DNA from: Podarcis melisellensis
Taxonomy: Eukaryota
DNA: 64,000 nucleotides
NCBI GenBank assembly: GCA_964234715.1
Contig: OZ174279.1
Reading direction: 5' to 3' (one strand)
Both the position numbers and the translations under genes were made by a program. The notes under the pieces are model-generated. The model had not been told where the DNA came from. It saw only the letters and a program-made list of their open reading frames with translations, and ran no database searches. Positions 53,206 to 64,000 of the stretch are shown piece by piece. Each line of letters starts with the position of its first letter. The stretch's first letter is position 1.

Positions 53206-56200
53206 GAATGGTGAGTGTGTCCGTAGCCAAATGCATCCACCTGGTTTATCAGATGAATAAACTGCATTATGCCTGCTGGTTTAAAGATTTTTAATTAACT
53301 TTGTGGCGTATTTTATCATATCTTTTTATTGTCATGACCTGCTCTTTTGCTATAAGCACCCCGCACCCACACCCACACACCAGATTCAAACCTGAGTTAG
53401 AGTGTACAGCCAGGCGTGGCTCTTGACCCATCAGGTGCTATCCCTACCAGATTCTGGCAAGGTGAAGCCATTTGCCTTGGCAGGCAGATCCAACATCCTC
53501 CTTGCCGCTGTCAGCCCCGCGGACCTTCAACCATGCTGCCGCCACAGTGCTGCTGCCCTCACTGCTGTGTCCTTGTTGCTGTGTTGTGGTAGCAGCGCAC
53601 ACACAGCTTAAGGCAAGGGTGCAGTTGCGGTGGTGGGGCTAGAAGCAGGGAGGGGGCTGGCATAGTGGGGAGGGGGACATCTTGCCTACAGTGGCTAAAC
53701 ATCTCGGGCCAGTCCTGCTCTGCACCTTAGCTCCCAACTACATCCCTTTGAATCCCTGAGTTACGAGTCCTCAGGAAATGGGACACTCCCACCTGCACCT
53801 GCTTCCTAATCTGATCTGCATCTTAGACACAGGTAGATTCCTCATTCAAGCAAACATGGGTCTTCATGTGTTATATGAGGCGGAGACACAGGGCATGCAC
53901 AACACATTATTACTCTTGTTGTGTTCCTGTCTGAAAAGGGCCTGGGCATCACTTCATGTGAAGGAAAACCACGAATAGATTCACGTAACCATTTTTCTTG
54001 ACTGCAAATCACTTACTGTCCTCAAAACTGAATTGGGCCATAAGAGGAAACTATTTAACAATGTTATAACTCATTATTAGAATCCATATTTTAATATTTT
54101 CTTTCTCACCCTTTAAAAAAACAACAACAGATGAACAACAGCACCAAAGCAGCCTACCCCTTCGCCAAATAAGTATATTCTTAACATTTATTCACCCAAC
54201 AAAATTAATCTTCTCAGTTAATGTTCTCTGTGCTTGATTAATCTAGACACTAGAGAATGCTTGATTATTATTTTTTGAGAGGGGGGGGGAGACAAGGATG
54301 TAGTGGGACCTTAATGAAAACCACCAAGTCCCACCCCCTGACTTCCCTTCAATTTTAACCAAATTGTGGCCACCCTTTTCTAGAAGCCTTCAAAAAGTAG
54401 TAGGTAACTTGGCAATCAAGCACTTGATTTCTGTAGGCTCAAATGTGTTGTGAATCAAGATCTATGCAGCCTCTCAGTTTCACTATCAGTTGAGGAAAAG
54501 GGAAGAGCGAAGCAGGTGCTTATCAAATGGTTTTACCAAAATAAATTATGGTTTACGTATTACAGGAATGCAGTAAGTCTAATTTTAGCTTATGAATTGT
54601 AAGCACTGATGTCAGCTGTGGATACAGTTCCACTTCCAGGTCATGGTTCTTTCTGTATTTTTTAAAAAGGTTATTATGTTCTAGATATGATTCAACAAAC
54701 CACATAATCAAAGGGGTTCTTTCTATGATTGGTACAAAAATATTAAAGCAAAAGGGAGTGAAATGGCCAAAATCCATTCCTTGTCCTCAAGCTTGAAAAG
54801 AACACCTATATGATATTTCAGATGAACTTCATGGATGCCTAATAATGCTAATAAATAATAAAGCCCCTAACTGAATTAGTAGTTAATTTCATCTTCCATT
54901 TAATTTTATCAAACCTCTGGAATCAAATCACTTGTATTTTTTTTTTAATAAAAAAACCTTCATCTCTTTATTTTAATCAATTCTGATTTCTCTACGAAAG
55001 CATCCAAATACGATCACTGGTTGTAAGGAAATTGCCATTTAATTAATATTGAAGGCAAATTTGGGGATGATAGGAGATGAAAAAAGGAGCCAAAAAGACT
55101 TGCGATAACAGAAAATGCTGCAATGAGCAGCTGTGTGTTTGCAGACATTGTTACTGACACTGCAAAGCATTAACATGTGCTATACAAGCTGCAACAAGCA
55201 CCTTACTAAGTGTACAAAGCACAACAGGGTAAGGAATGGCTCTGAATGACTACTAAGTAGATGCTCTTGTTGAAACCAGCACAGGGTTTGGTGTGCGCTT
55301 GCCTTCTTTAATTTACAATTGTTTTTAAAAGCTTGATTTCAGCAGAAAATTATGCTCTAATTACCTGCTGCCAATTGAGTTCACATTAAGCATGTCTAGG
55401 TCTTCACCTGACCATGCAAAGGGTTGAACTACGGGTGGGGCACACAAACCCTGCCCCCAAAGTCTCTGAACTTACAAGTCTTCTCTTCCCTGTCTTATCA
55501 GGGTTCCTGATCATGGACTGGTTCAACGGAATGCACTTAGAAATCCCCTTCAGACCTTCATGCTAAATGCACAAAGGTCTGCAGAGAAACCGTGTAGTAG
55601 CTGAAGCAGTTGGAGCTGGATATAACATTCACCCATACTCTCTTGCTTTAGACAAGCCTTCTCATGCTCCTCTGCAAACTGACCCGGCTGATGTGGGGCT
55701 AATTTAGATAATGCATGGGAATTGTTTTGAACATTTCAAATGTACAACATAAATACAAAATATACATGCTAGACCTTCCTTTTTATCTTTTCATTATTTT
55801 TAGGATCAAAAGGAATATACTGGGCACAATTCAGCAATTTTAAATTATTATTTTTTAAATTCTATATTGCCCTTAATTGCAAGTGATCCCAATGTAGTTT
55901 ACACACAATCCAATGAAATCAATGCATAGCCAGGCCACAATTTGTTTTCAGTTCTGTACCCCTTCTACAGCTCACTCAGTACACATAACCCACAAGCTAC
56001 TTGAACATTTATTCTGAGTTTAAGACTGCAAATCCTAAAAAACAACAATGCTCCCAGTTCTCTCTTAAGATAACTTACTAGATTTACAGAAAAGCTTTGT
56101 CTTCTAAGCAACTCTGCCTCCAGAATTTAAATCTACACTTCAGCTGGGGACCATAAAATACTTCAGATACTGTTTTCTCTGAACAGACTATTTTCTGTTT

Positions 56201-56607
56201 CAGTTAATCTGGGAATTATAGCAATAATAATTGGTATATTTAATATAAACATCAGCAGCTGTATAACTGAATGCTGTTACCTTAGACCTTAGAAATCACA
56301 TGCTCATTACACAACGAAGTTTCTGGGGGGGAAATGGTACAAGTGCAAATGTGCTGAATGTTGACATTCTCACGTGAATGCTGATAATCTCAGATGATGT
56401 GTGTGAATGTCCAAATGCAGAAATGTCATTACTTTTCAGACATTCACCACTGCATGCTGACAGGTGACTGTCAACATTTGAAGATGTATTCTTGAGCTTT
56501 CAAATATTCACAGAATTTGCGTCTGACAATCAATCTGAATGTGTGAATGTCACCAAAAATTGGAAAGTTGCTGTAACATATTGATGGTTTCAGGGCACTA
56601 AAAAGTA

Positions 56608-56866
56608 CCGTATTTTTTGCTCTATAAGACTCACTTTTCCCCTCCTAAAAAGTAAGGGGAAATGTGTGTGCGTCTTATGGAGTGAATGCAGGCTGCGCAG
56701 CTATCCCAGAAGCCAGAACAGCAAGAGGGATTGCTGCTTTCACTGCGCAGCGATCCCTCTTGCTGTTCTGGCTTCTGAGATTCAGAATATTTTTTTTCTT
56801 GTTTTCCTCCTCCAAAAAGTAGGTGCGTCTTGTGGTCTGGTGCGTCTTATAGAGTGAAAAATATGG
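56608..56866. mobile_element. Tc1/mariner (pogo/Tc2-like) MITE with a central hairpin
   Basis: TA|CCGTATTTTTTGCTCTATAAGAC ... GTCTTATAGAGTGAAAAATATGG; internal stem CAGAAGCCAGAACAGCAAGAGGGAT / ATCCCTCTTGCTGTTCTGGCTTCTG. Confidence 0.82.
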
Positions 56867-59015
56867 CACATATTTTTTTCAGAATTGAAAGATCTATTTA
56901 TAAGATCCTTAGAAAGAGGTACTGTGAACTCTTTAATATAACTGTCAGCTAGAACATGTGGATATCACTTCCTTGCGATCATGGCCCTCAATTCTTCTGC
57001 CAGGCACCCATCAACATTTGTGGCATATTTCATATATTTTATATTCATGCAACTGCCTGGCTGCCTGCTTCTAGCCAGTTTGCAAACTTTCTTTGTCCTA
57101 GAGCTACCACCACACATACAGGGAGAAAAGGATCACCAAGCTTCCATTCTGTGCAACTGGGTCTCTTTCCTGTAACTTTGGAATATTTAAGAAAACATGC
57201 AATAAATATTGCCCCTGGGAGCTTATGTCCTTGCTGATTTTTTTCACTCATCACTCAAATGTGCATGGGAAGGAAAGGGGCAAAAGAGAGGGGAGGGAAT
57301 CCAGGTAACTTTGACTAGGCAGCAGGAAGAAAAAGGACAACACTCTGATCTTTTGAGTACAATTATAATGAGGGCAGATCACAGAATATCCTCAGTGAGA
57401 AGCTTGTAACAAAAGACCACAGAGAGAGGGAAATTTGATGGGTTTGGTTAAGTGACTCTCATGACAAAGTGGGGACCCTTCCTGCCTTGTGGTGTAACCT
57501 TGCCACCTTGTGCTGCTGATAGGGTTAAGTGTATGGAGGGATTGTGGATCAGCAAGTAAACAGGAGAGTCGTAGTCCTGCGGAATGCAGGATCCAAAGTG
57601 GATGGTGGGGCTAGAGCAGGAAATAAGGGGGAAGCAAGTGATACAAGAGAGAAAGGCAGAGAGAGGTGTGAGTGAGTTGAGTGGCCAAGGACTCTGAGCA
57701 GGGCCAAATGAGAGTGGAGGGTGCTGCAGACCCACTTCCTTGCTGACCTCACCTCTGCTTTTTGGGGTACATCACCCAAAAATGATTCAGAAAGTTTCAG
57801 GTAGAGCTTACTTTTCTAAATGCTCTCTCGACCTGCTTGTTTGCTCAAAGGATGGAGCAGAGAAAGGGGAAAGAGGGCACCATGTTGAAATAAGCAAGTT
57901 CTCCGAATGCCTTGAATTAACAGAAAGAAAACCTGAGATCTTTTTATTTAGGAGGGGAATATCTCAGGTTATTTTTCAAACCCAATCCAAGAGCTTAGGA
58001 AAATTATTTGCTCTGCCCACCCCATCCCTATACAAGCTAGTGGAGAAGTTTTCTTCCATTAGCTTAAACTGACAAGGATGGGGGAATCCTACAGGAACAA
58101 AACCAGAGGCTGAAAGAGGGGCTCCTTTCCTCCTGGTCCTCAGCATGTGGAGGGAGGCCCCTCTGCCTCCCACATCCTCATATTTCAGCCATGCAAGGTT
58201 TCCAAACTCCCCACACAAACAAATGGAACGAAGCCACTCCATTAGCTTGCATAACTTTGTCTGGGTGGGAGGAGGAGAACCACGCAGAGCAAAACTGCCA
58301 ATTCTTCTCCAGCTTGGATTTCCATCTTAAGTGCCAAAGTGCAAGCATTTGGAGCCACTCACTCCTTTCCATAACCCCCTATACTGATTGGTCTCATTTG
58401 CATGCAACGCTGGCCAAAATCCATGGTTAGGGATATTGGCCGATGAATGCAGTTGAAGAAATCTCCACTTGGCTCTTCACTTCCTAGAGCAGGGAAACAT
58501 AACCTGGGACAGCTGGTTTAGCATTACATATGAACCAGTACTCATGGTTTGTTGGAGAGAAACAAACCATAAGCTCTGGTTCACATGTTAACACTAAACC
58601 AGCTGCTCCTGGGCTTGTTTCCCCACTCCAGGAAGAGAGGAGAGGCTTGTGCGTTGGCTCATCTCCCCAAGTATAATTCCTGGCCACCAATACATCTGAA
58701 CATGGCCATTCCACACAGATCAGAAATATAAGAAATAATTTACTAAATAAGAGGAATTCAGCTATGTGGAATCCAAAGAGGCTGAGGTTCAAGTTTGATC
58801 AGAACACATACTCATGCACTTCACATCAGTGCCTGGTGCAAACGTAGCAAAATTATAGCCAAGCTTCCGAAGATGCTTGGATTTCTATCGCTCTTCCCTG
58901 CGTATAAAATGCAGCTATTTCCCCTACTTAGCAGCAGGCATTCCAGTTACACCACCGACCACAGTAACTAATGCTGTGTGTGCTCTTGCAGGGCAAAAGC
59001 CTGCATGGGACTCAC

Positions 59016-59151
59016 CTGTGTGAAAGGGAGGGTTTCATGGAGCTCATGGGCGGCTGCATGGGGAGTTTCCCAGGAGGGTCGTTTTGCCGACTTTTCTGGT
59101 GACGCAGCAGCAAGAGTCGTCCCAGCTCCTCACACCACGACGAGAGCAGCG
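59016..59151 (-). CDS. ZMIZ1: ZMIZ1 coding exon, 136 nt: (A)[44 protein letters not shown](S), end of N-terminal TPR-like region
   Basis: Acceptor tttccag|CG, donor AG|gtgagt; translation matches ZMIZ1. Confidence 0.95.
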
Positions 59152-59295
59152 CTGGAAACAAAATCACAAAAGCGATTGGAAGAATGAATTCTGCATCACC
59201 CACACAGATGGATAAGAATATTGTTTAGATATTTACCAATATAATGCTTACAATAAAAAAAAAAAACAAGCAACTCATCACCCCTGACCATTGGC

Positions 59296-59399
59296 CAGTG
59301 GCGTAGCTTGGGTTGTCAGCACCCGGGGCAAGGCAAGTAATTTGTGCCCCCTAACCCGTGGATTTTAGTAGGGGCAGAGAGCTGCACGCTACGCCACTG
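59296..59399. mobile_element. 104-bp hAT (Tip100-like) MITE nested in an older URR1-like element (about 59270-59473)
   Basis: TIRs CAGTGGCGTAGC / GCTACGCCACTG; perfect TSD CCATTGGC at 59288-59295 and 59400-59407. Confidence 0.88.
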
Positions 59400-61583
59400 C
59401 CATTGGCTATAGTAGCAGGGGCTGATGGAAGCTGGAATTTAAGATCATCTGGAGTGCCACAGGTTCATCTCTGATATAAACTGTTTTATTAAACTTTATC
59501 CCGAAGTATTCTGCTGTAATTTCATTTGCCTTGGTGATTAAAACCGTCTTGGTCCACCAAAATTGTGTACCATAAGCCTTTTCTTCCTTCATTTCTTTCC
59601 TTTCTAGCCTTACCACTTTATTTGAAATCAGAATAGTCTCCAGTTAATATTTAAAGCAATTTTAGAAATGCAAGGCCTTATTTTAGTGTTTAGCACCCTG
59701 AAAAATGACTACATTTCATGGGCTACGCCAAGTTTTCGAAAGCAAAATATTTTCAGCATGAAAGGAAGGCTTTGGCAACTCCTCAGATACTCCTCCCCCA
59801 CCCCCATTTTCCACTGTCATGTCTTTCAACATCATTTTCTTGCCAGCTACATGGTCCCAGACCCCCAGAGATCATGTAGTTAGCATGATGATGTCACAAA
59901 CCCAGACAAACAGATTTGGATATGAGAAAATGCCACCATGCCCACTGATTAAGAAGTTAAGAAACTTTGATCTCAATAGTTGCTGGTCCCTAGTTTAAAA
60001 ATGGGTAGGTATAACATCTGAAGGGGTTGCTCAGTGAGGAAGCTCACTGTTTTTTCTTTCTTTTAGAATTTCTATATCCCCTCTGCACTTTTAGTGATTA
60101 ATCCCTTAAAGACAGCATGCACACTATGCTCTGGACTAATGCATTCTAAGCAGAGAGAACTACTGTGAGCTCCTTCTCTCTATTAGCCAAAGAATCTGTC
60201 AACAAGCATTTGATCAAATTGTGCTCACCCTTTATCCCTGGCACATTATTACTAATGTGCCAGCAACAAAGGGTACTCGCCCTCCCTCTTTCCCCTCTCT
60301 TTTATGTTGCCTGGAGATAACAATCACTATCTAACATTACACTGTGGCCACTTGAGTTCTGAGGGGGAAAGCAGGGGGAGAAATGAACAAAGTGTTCTGG
60401 AAAAACTGTAAATGCAGCCAGTGTTGGCATAAAAGCAAATGCAGAGCACCTCCACGCAAGCTGAACGCAATTACGGTGGTGTCGAATGGAAACCATCCAT
60501 CTTAAGTGTAGCTTTGATGCAAGGGGTGAGTTGTTCCTCAAATGTGAGCATATAATGCTCTCGACAAATAAAGATAAAAGGAGGAAGCAGTCTAATGATT
60601 CTGTGACATGAATCTGCAAAGGAGTGCCAGTAAACCTGCTTTGCAGTGGGAGACAGACAAGGGGAGAAGCAGAAGGAGGAGTGGCAACAGCAGAATACCA
60701 CCTGCTTAGCTGAAAGAAAGTTCCCCCTCACCCAGCGTAATCAAGGTGAGATCAATATCCATGAAAGTAAATATCTGATTCATATATGTTGCAGCTATGA
60801 AACATCACAGCATGGCCCTCCTTTAGGTAGATGCGTCATACATCTGTGTTTGTGGTAGGTGGCTGTTTGGGTTTTGTTAAAGGAAGAATTTCAAGGAAGA
60901 GAGAGATTGAAATTACTCATTGCCATCTTTTACTTCTGGGATTTCTGGACATTTGTATGAAGGCAGAAATATTATGACACCCATGGTGGGGGGAAATGGC
61001 CTCCATGTGTTAGCAAAGGCTCAATCCTGGAGTACAAGTACTTGGGGAAGTTCTCTTGCACAAGCATCACAGAAATCAACAGGAGCTCTGCATGATCTCC
61101 CACTCTGCTGTCCTTCAATGCAATATGAAGCACATGCCTCTCAACTTAACTGGTGTTATTTTATTTTTAATACTCATAAATTGCCTCTCCATGTTAGCTA
61201 TGAGCCCATAGTTATGCCGAGGCATTAAAAGCAGACTGAAAACAGCTGAAACGAACAAATCAGAAGTGCATTTAAATGCAACAACTCCAAAAACTGAGTT
61301 TCTCAGTTACACTAATCCTCAGCAAAGACTGAAGGAGGTCAGCCTCTCCACAGAGGGCAACAACCAAGGCAACAGTATCCTGTGCTCTCATTGGCTAGTG
61401 TTTCTCGGTTTTTGGCAGGTGTACTAGTTAGAGACAGAAGGGAACCTTGGCCCCCCAGAATCCAACCCACATGTGATTATTCCTCCAAAGCACCTTTATT
61501 TCTTGCCTGCTCCCTGGTTATAATTACAATTTTGTTTATCAACAACAAAATGGTCCAAAGCCACAAGTCTCTTTTAAAATGTG

Positions 61584-61587
<4 letters not shown>

Positions 61588-61615
<28 letters not shown>
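61588..61615. repeat. (GT)n microsatellite
   Basis: About 14 uninterrupted TG units. Confidence 0.9.
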
Positions 61616-64000
61616 GATTACACAGCAATAATGAGGGGACATAAAACAGTAAATGCAACAATGCTCTTAAAAAGTCCTGAACGTATCTAACAGTGGGACT
61701 GAAAACCCTGCAAAGAATCTTTTCCCCTACTGAAATGTGAAATGGTGTCATTATTGCTCTTTTCCACCTCCTCCAAAGTCTTTGTGACTGAACATTAAAT
61801 GAGCATAGACCAGAAACAAAAGCATATCCTATCTTCTCCCACTGCCGCAGAAGAATGACAGGGAGGAAACGTAAGAGTTTCCAGACCACTCTCTGCTACA
61901 GAAGCCTGCCTCCACTGTACCAGGCTGCATGTGGCCCAGGAAAATTGAATACACACAGGCCACCCACAGACCCATCTGGTGCAGCTGGATTTTGGAGAAC
62001 ATGACCATGCTCTGCCCATTCCAGTAAGATGAAACAAACAGAAAATTAATTTGCAGATTACTCTATTCATCTTTAGCATGCTTTAGCTGCCGCTTTTTAG
62101 GCTCCAACTGTATTTAGGCACATCTCATCTCATTGAAACTCAAAGCACGAGAAACTCAGTATCACACTATAATGAACAGATAAAGCAGCAAGCACAAAGG
62201 ACAGCCGCAGATGGTGCCAACAGTCAGTTTCTCCTTCTCACACAGAGCAGCCAAGCAGCTGCGTTTTCCCCCTCCCCCTCCTTTATAAAACAGGAGAACA
62301 GATTTTACAGATGGACCCTCTCAGCTCTACTTTCTGCTGCAGTTTAATGCCTGGATTTCAGCCCATTGCTACGCTGCATTGCTTTCGGCATTGCAGAACT
62401 GAACATTAAGAACCATCTCCCTCTTGACTTCCTTCCCTTAAATGAAGAAAGTTGTCCTTTTGGCTGAAGCACTCAAAGACAGCCTGATCTCCACCCCACC
62501 CCACTGGTCACCCCAATCCTTCAGCCACCAAGGCTTCCCCTGTACGTCGCAGGACAGGGAAAGGTTGACAGTTTTAAAACAGTCCTACAGTAAATAATCC
62601 GCAAGGCTGATGGGCACAAGAGGTGGCCAATTTTTCACTGGATAAAAACTCAAGACATGGTCAAACTTGGGATGCTAACTGATGGTTCTGGATAAGTGTT
62701 TCATTTTTGGGGAATTAAGAAAGAAAACAGAGCTTATTTGTGTACAAACATCTACTCTATGCAACATTAAATACTGACAGTTGAGACCTGCTTGTCAAAC
62801 AGATGAAAAGGGGAGCAATCGGTGGAGAGATTTAATACCCTAATCTATTTTGTGCCTAAACAGGTACAATCTTCAGTCAAGCAAGAAAGAATCTAAAGGT
62901 TCATCACCCTGTCTAGAAAAGTGGAAGGATCGGACAGTACAGGTTTTAATGGATTGTGCCACGTATTGCATAATGCTCCTGCATACAGAAAACAAGAAGC
63001 CCACAGAGAAGACTAGGCCAGAACCCTCCTCTCTGATAGATGGCAAGAATTATAATTCAAATCTACAATTCCCCACCTCAAGACTGAAGTAGTATTGAAC
63101 CACAAGAGCTCAGTGCTCGGAATGAACAAAAATTCTAAACTGCACCTGAAAATATTTCCCACAGGATAGTACAGTAGTCAGCTAAGTTTTACTCAGTGCA
63201 GATATATTGAAATTAGTGAGCCCAATTTAGTTGATTACCACCCATAATTTTGGGGTGAACTAAAGATGAATTAAATTCATTTTGGGACAAAACTTTGAAT
63301 GATTTCTAGTTCATCTTCCAGTTCATCCCTCCCACCCTTTATAGTATTATACTTCCAATACTATGTTTATATTAGGGCTATTAACTAATCAAATAATGTT
63401 TATCTTATTATTCACCTATCTTTTAACCAAATTAAAATAGTTTAAAAATGTAAATAAATTTGCATATTACCCCAAACCTCAACATATGTGCCCTTTTCAT
63501 ATTAAAAGAAGTGTAAGACAATTGACAATTTAATACACAACTATAACCATTGTAATTTCCAATTACAGTAGGCAAAATAGTTTGGAAAAATAGAAACAAG
63601 GGCCTTCTTAAACTCCAATCCCACCAATGAAAACTTGCCCTTCTTGTTAAATTTTTCCTGAGCAATTAATCAAGCTTGACATGATTGATCTACTAACTAA
63701 AGCTTGAAACCTTCTTTTTTAGAGATCTTTAAACAAGGGTGTGGTTCCCCAGTGACCATTCCTTCCTTTCAAAATGAATACTTCAAAATGAAGAGCTTAC
63801 ATCTGTTTTCATGCTTATTTTATGAAACAAAACAATGGGGGCAGTTAATGCCTTCAAATCAGGAGATTTAATAATAGATAGGGCCAATAAATTCCCCCTT
63901 TTTGGGGGGGGGAGAGGCAGGACCCAGGATGAATGGCAAAGAGGCTCCGTGACCAGAAGTTACTGCTAAATTTGCTAATGTGCGCCAAGCTAACACAACA

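Noticed and set aside
59152-64000. Upstream ZMIZ1 coding exons (start Met to ...FTPKSA)
   Set aside because: No matching peptide found by eye; presumably beyond the window in a long intron.

Overview
Vertebrate genomic DNA, most likely a squamate and probably a lacertid lizard (inferred from Sauria SINEs, Squam-like SINEs and lizard-type MITEs). The window holds most of ZMIZ1 (zinc finger MIZ-type containing 1) on the minus strand. I located 17 coding exons with GT-AG boundaries and consistent phases (join 59151..59016, 37956..37842, 36471..36254, 33919..33721, 31808..31539, 30431..30249, 27141..26967, 25433..25292, 22429..22219, 21785..21680, 21506..21346, 20981..20914, 20076..20008, 19444..19197, 17182..17016, 11409..11161, 8875..8768). 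They total 2825 nt, about 941 aa from the equivalent of human Ala94 to the stop. A ~5.1 kb 3'UTR follows, ending near 3670. I did not find the N-terminal exons, which presumably lie beyond the right edge. Introns carry SINEs, L2/CR1 remnants, a Penelope-like palindrome and several hAT and Tc1/mariner MITEs with intact target-site duplications. Apart from ORFs overlapping ZMIZ1 exons or transposon remnants, the ORF track looks spurious. I see no well-supported wholly new biological system. The best leads are: (1) a candidate internal NF-Y/GC-box promoter and non-coding first exon that would yield an N-terminally truncated ZMIZ1; (2) apparent absence of a 78-nt coding exon present in mammalian ZMIZ1; (3) a hairpin/UGCAUG arrangement at a tandem 3' splice site; (4) an inverted, nested MITE cluster that should form long dsRNA in the pre-mRNA. 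Comparisons to human/mouse ZMIZ1 and repeat family names are from recall, not from database searches.
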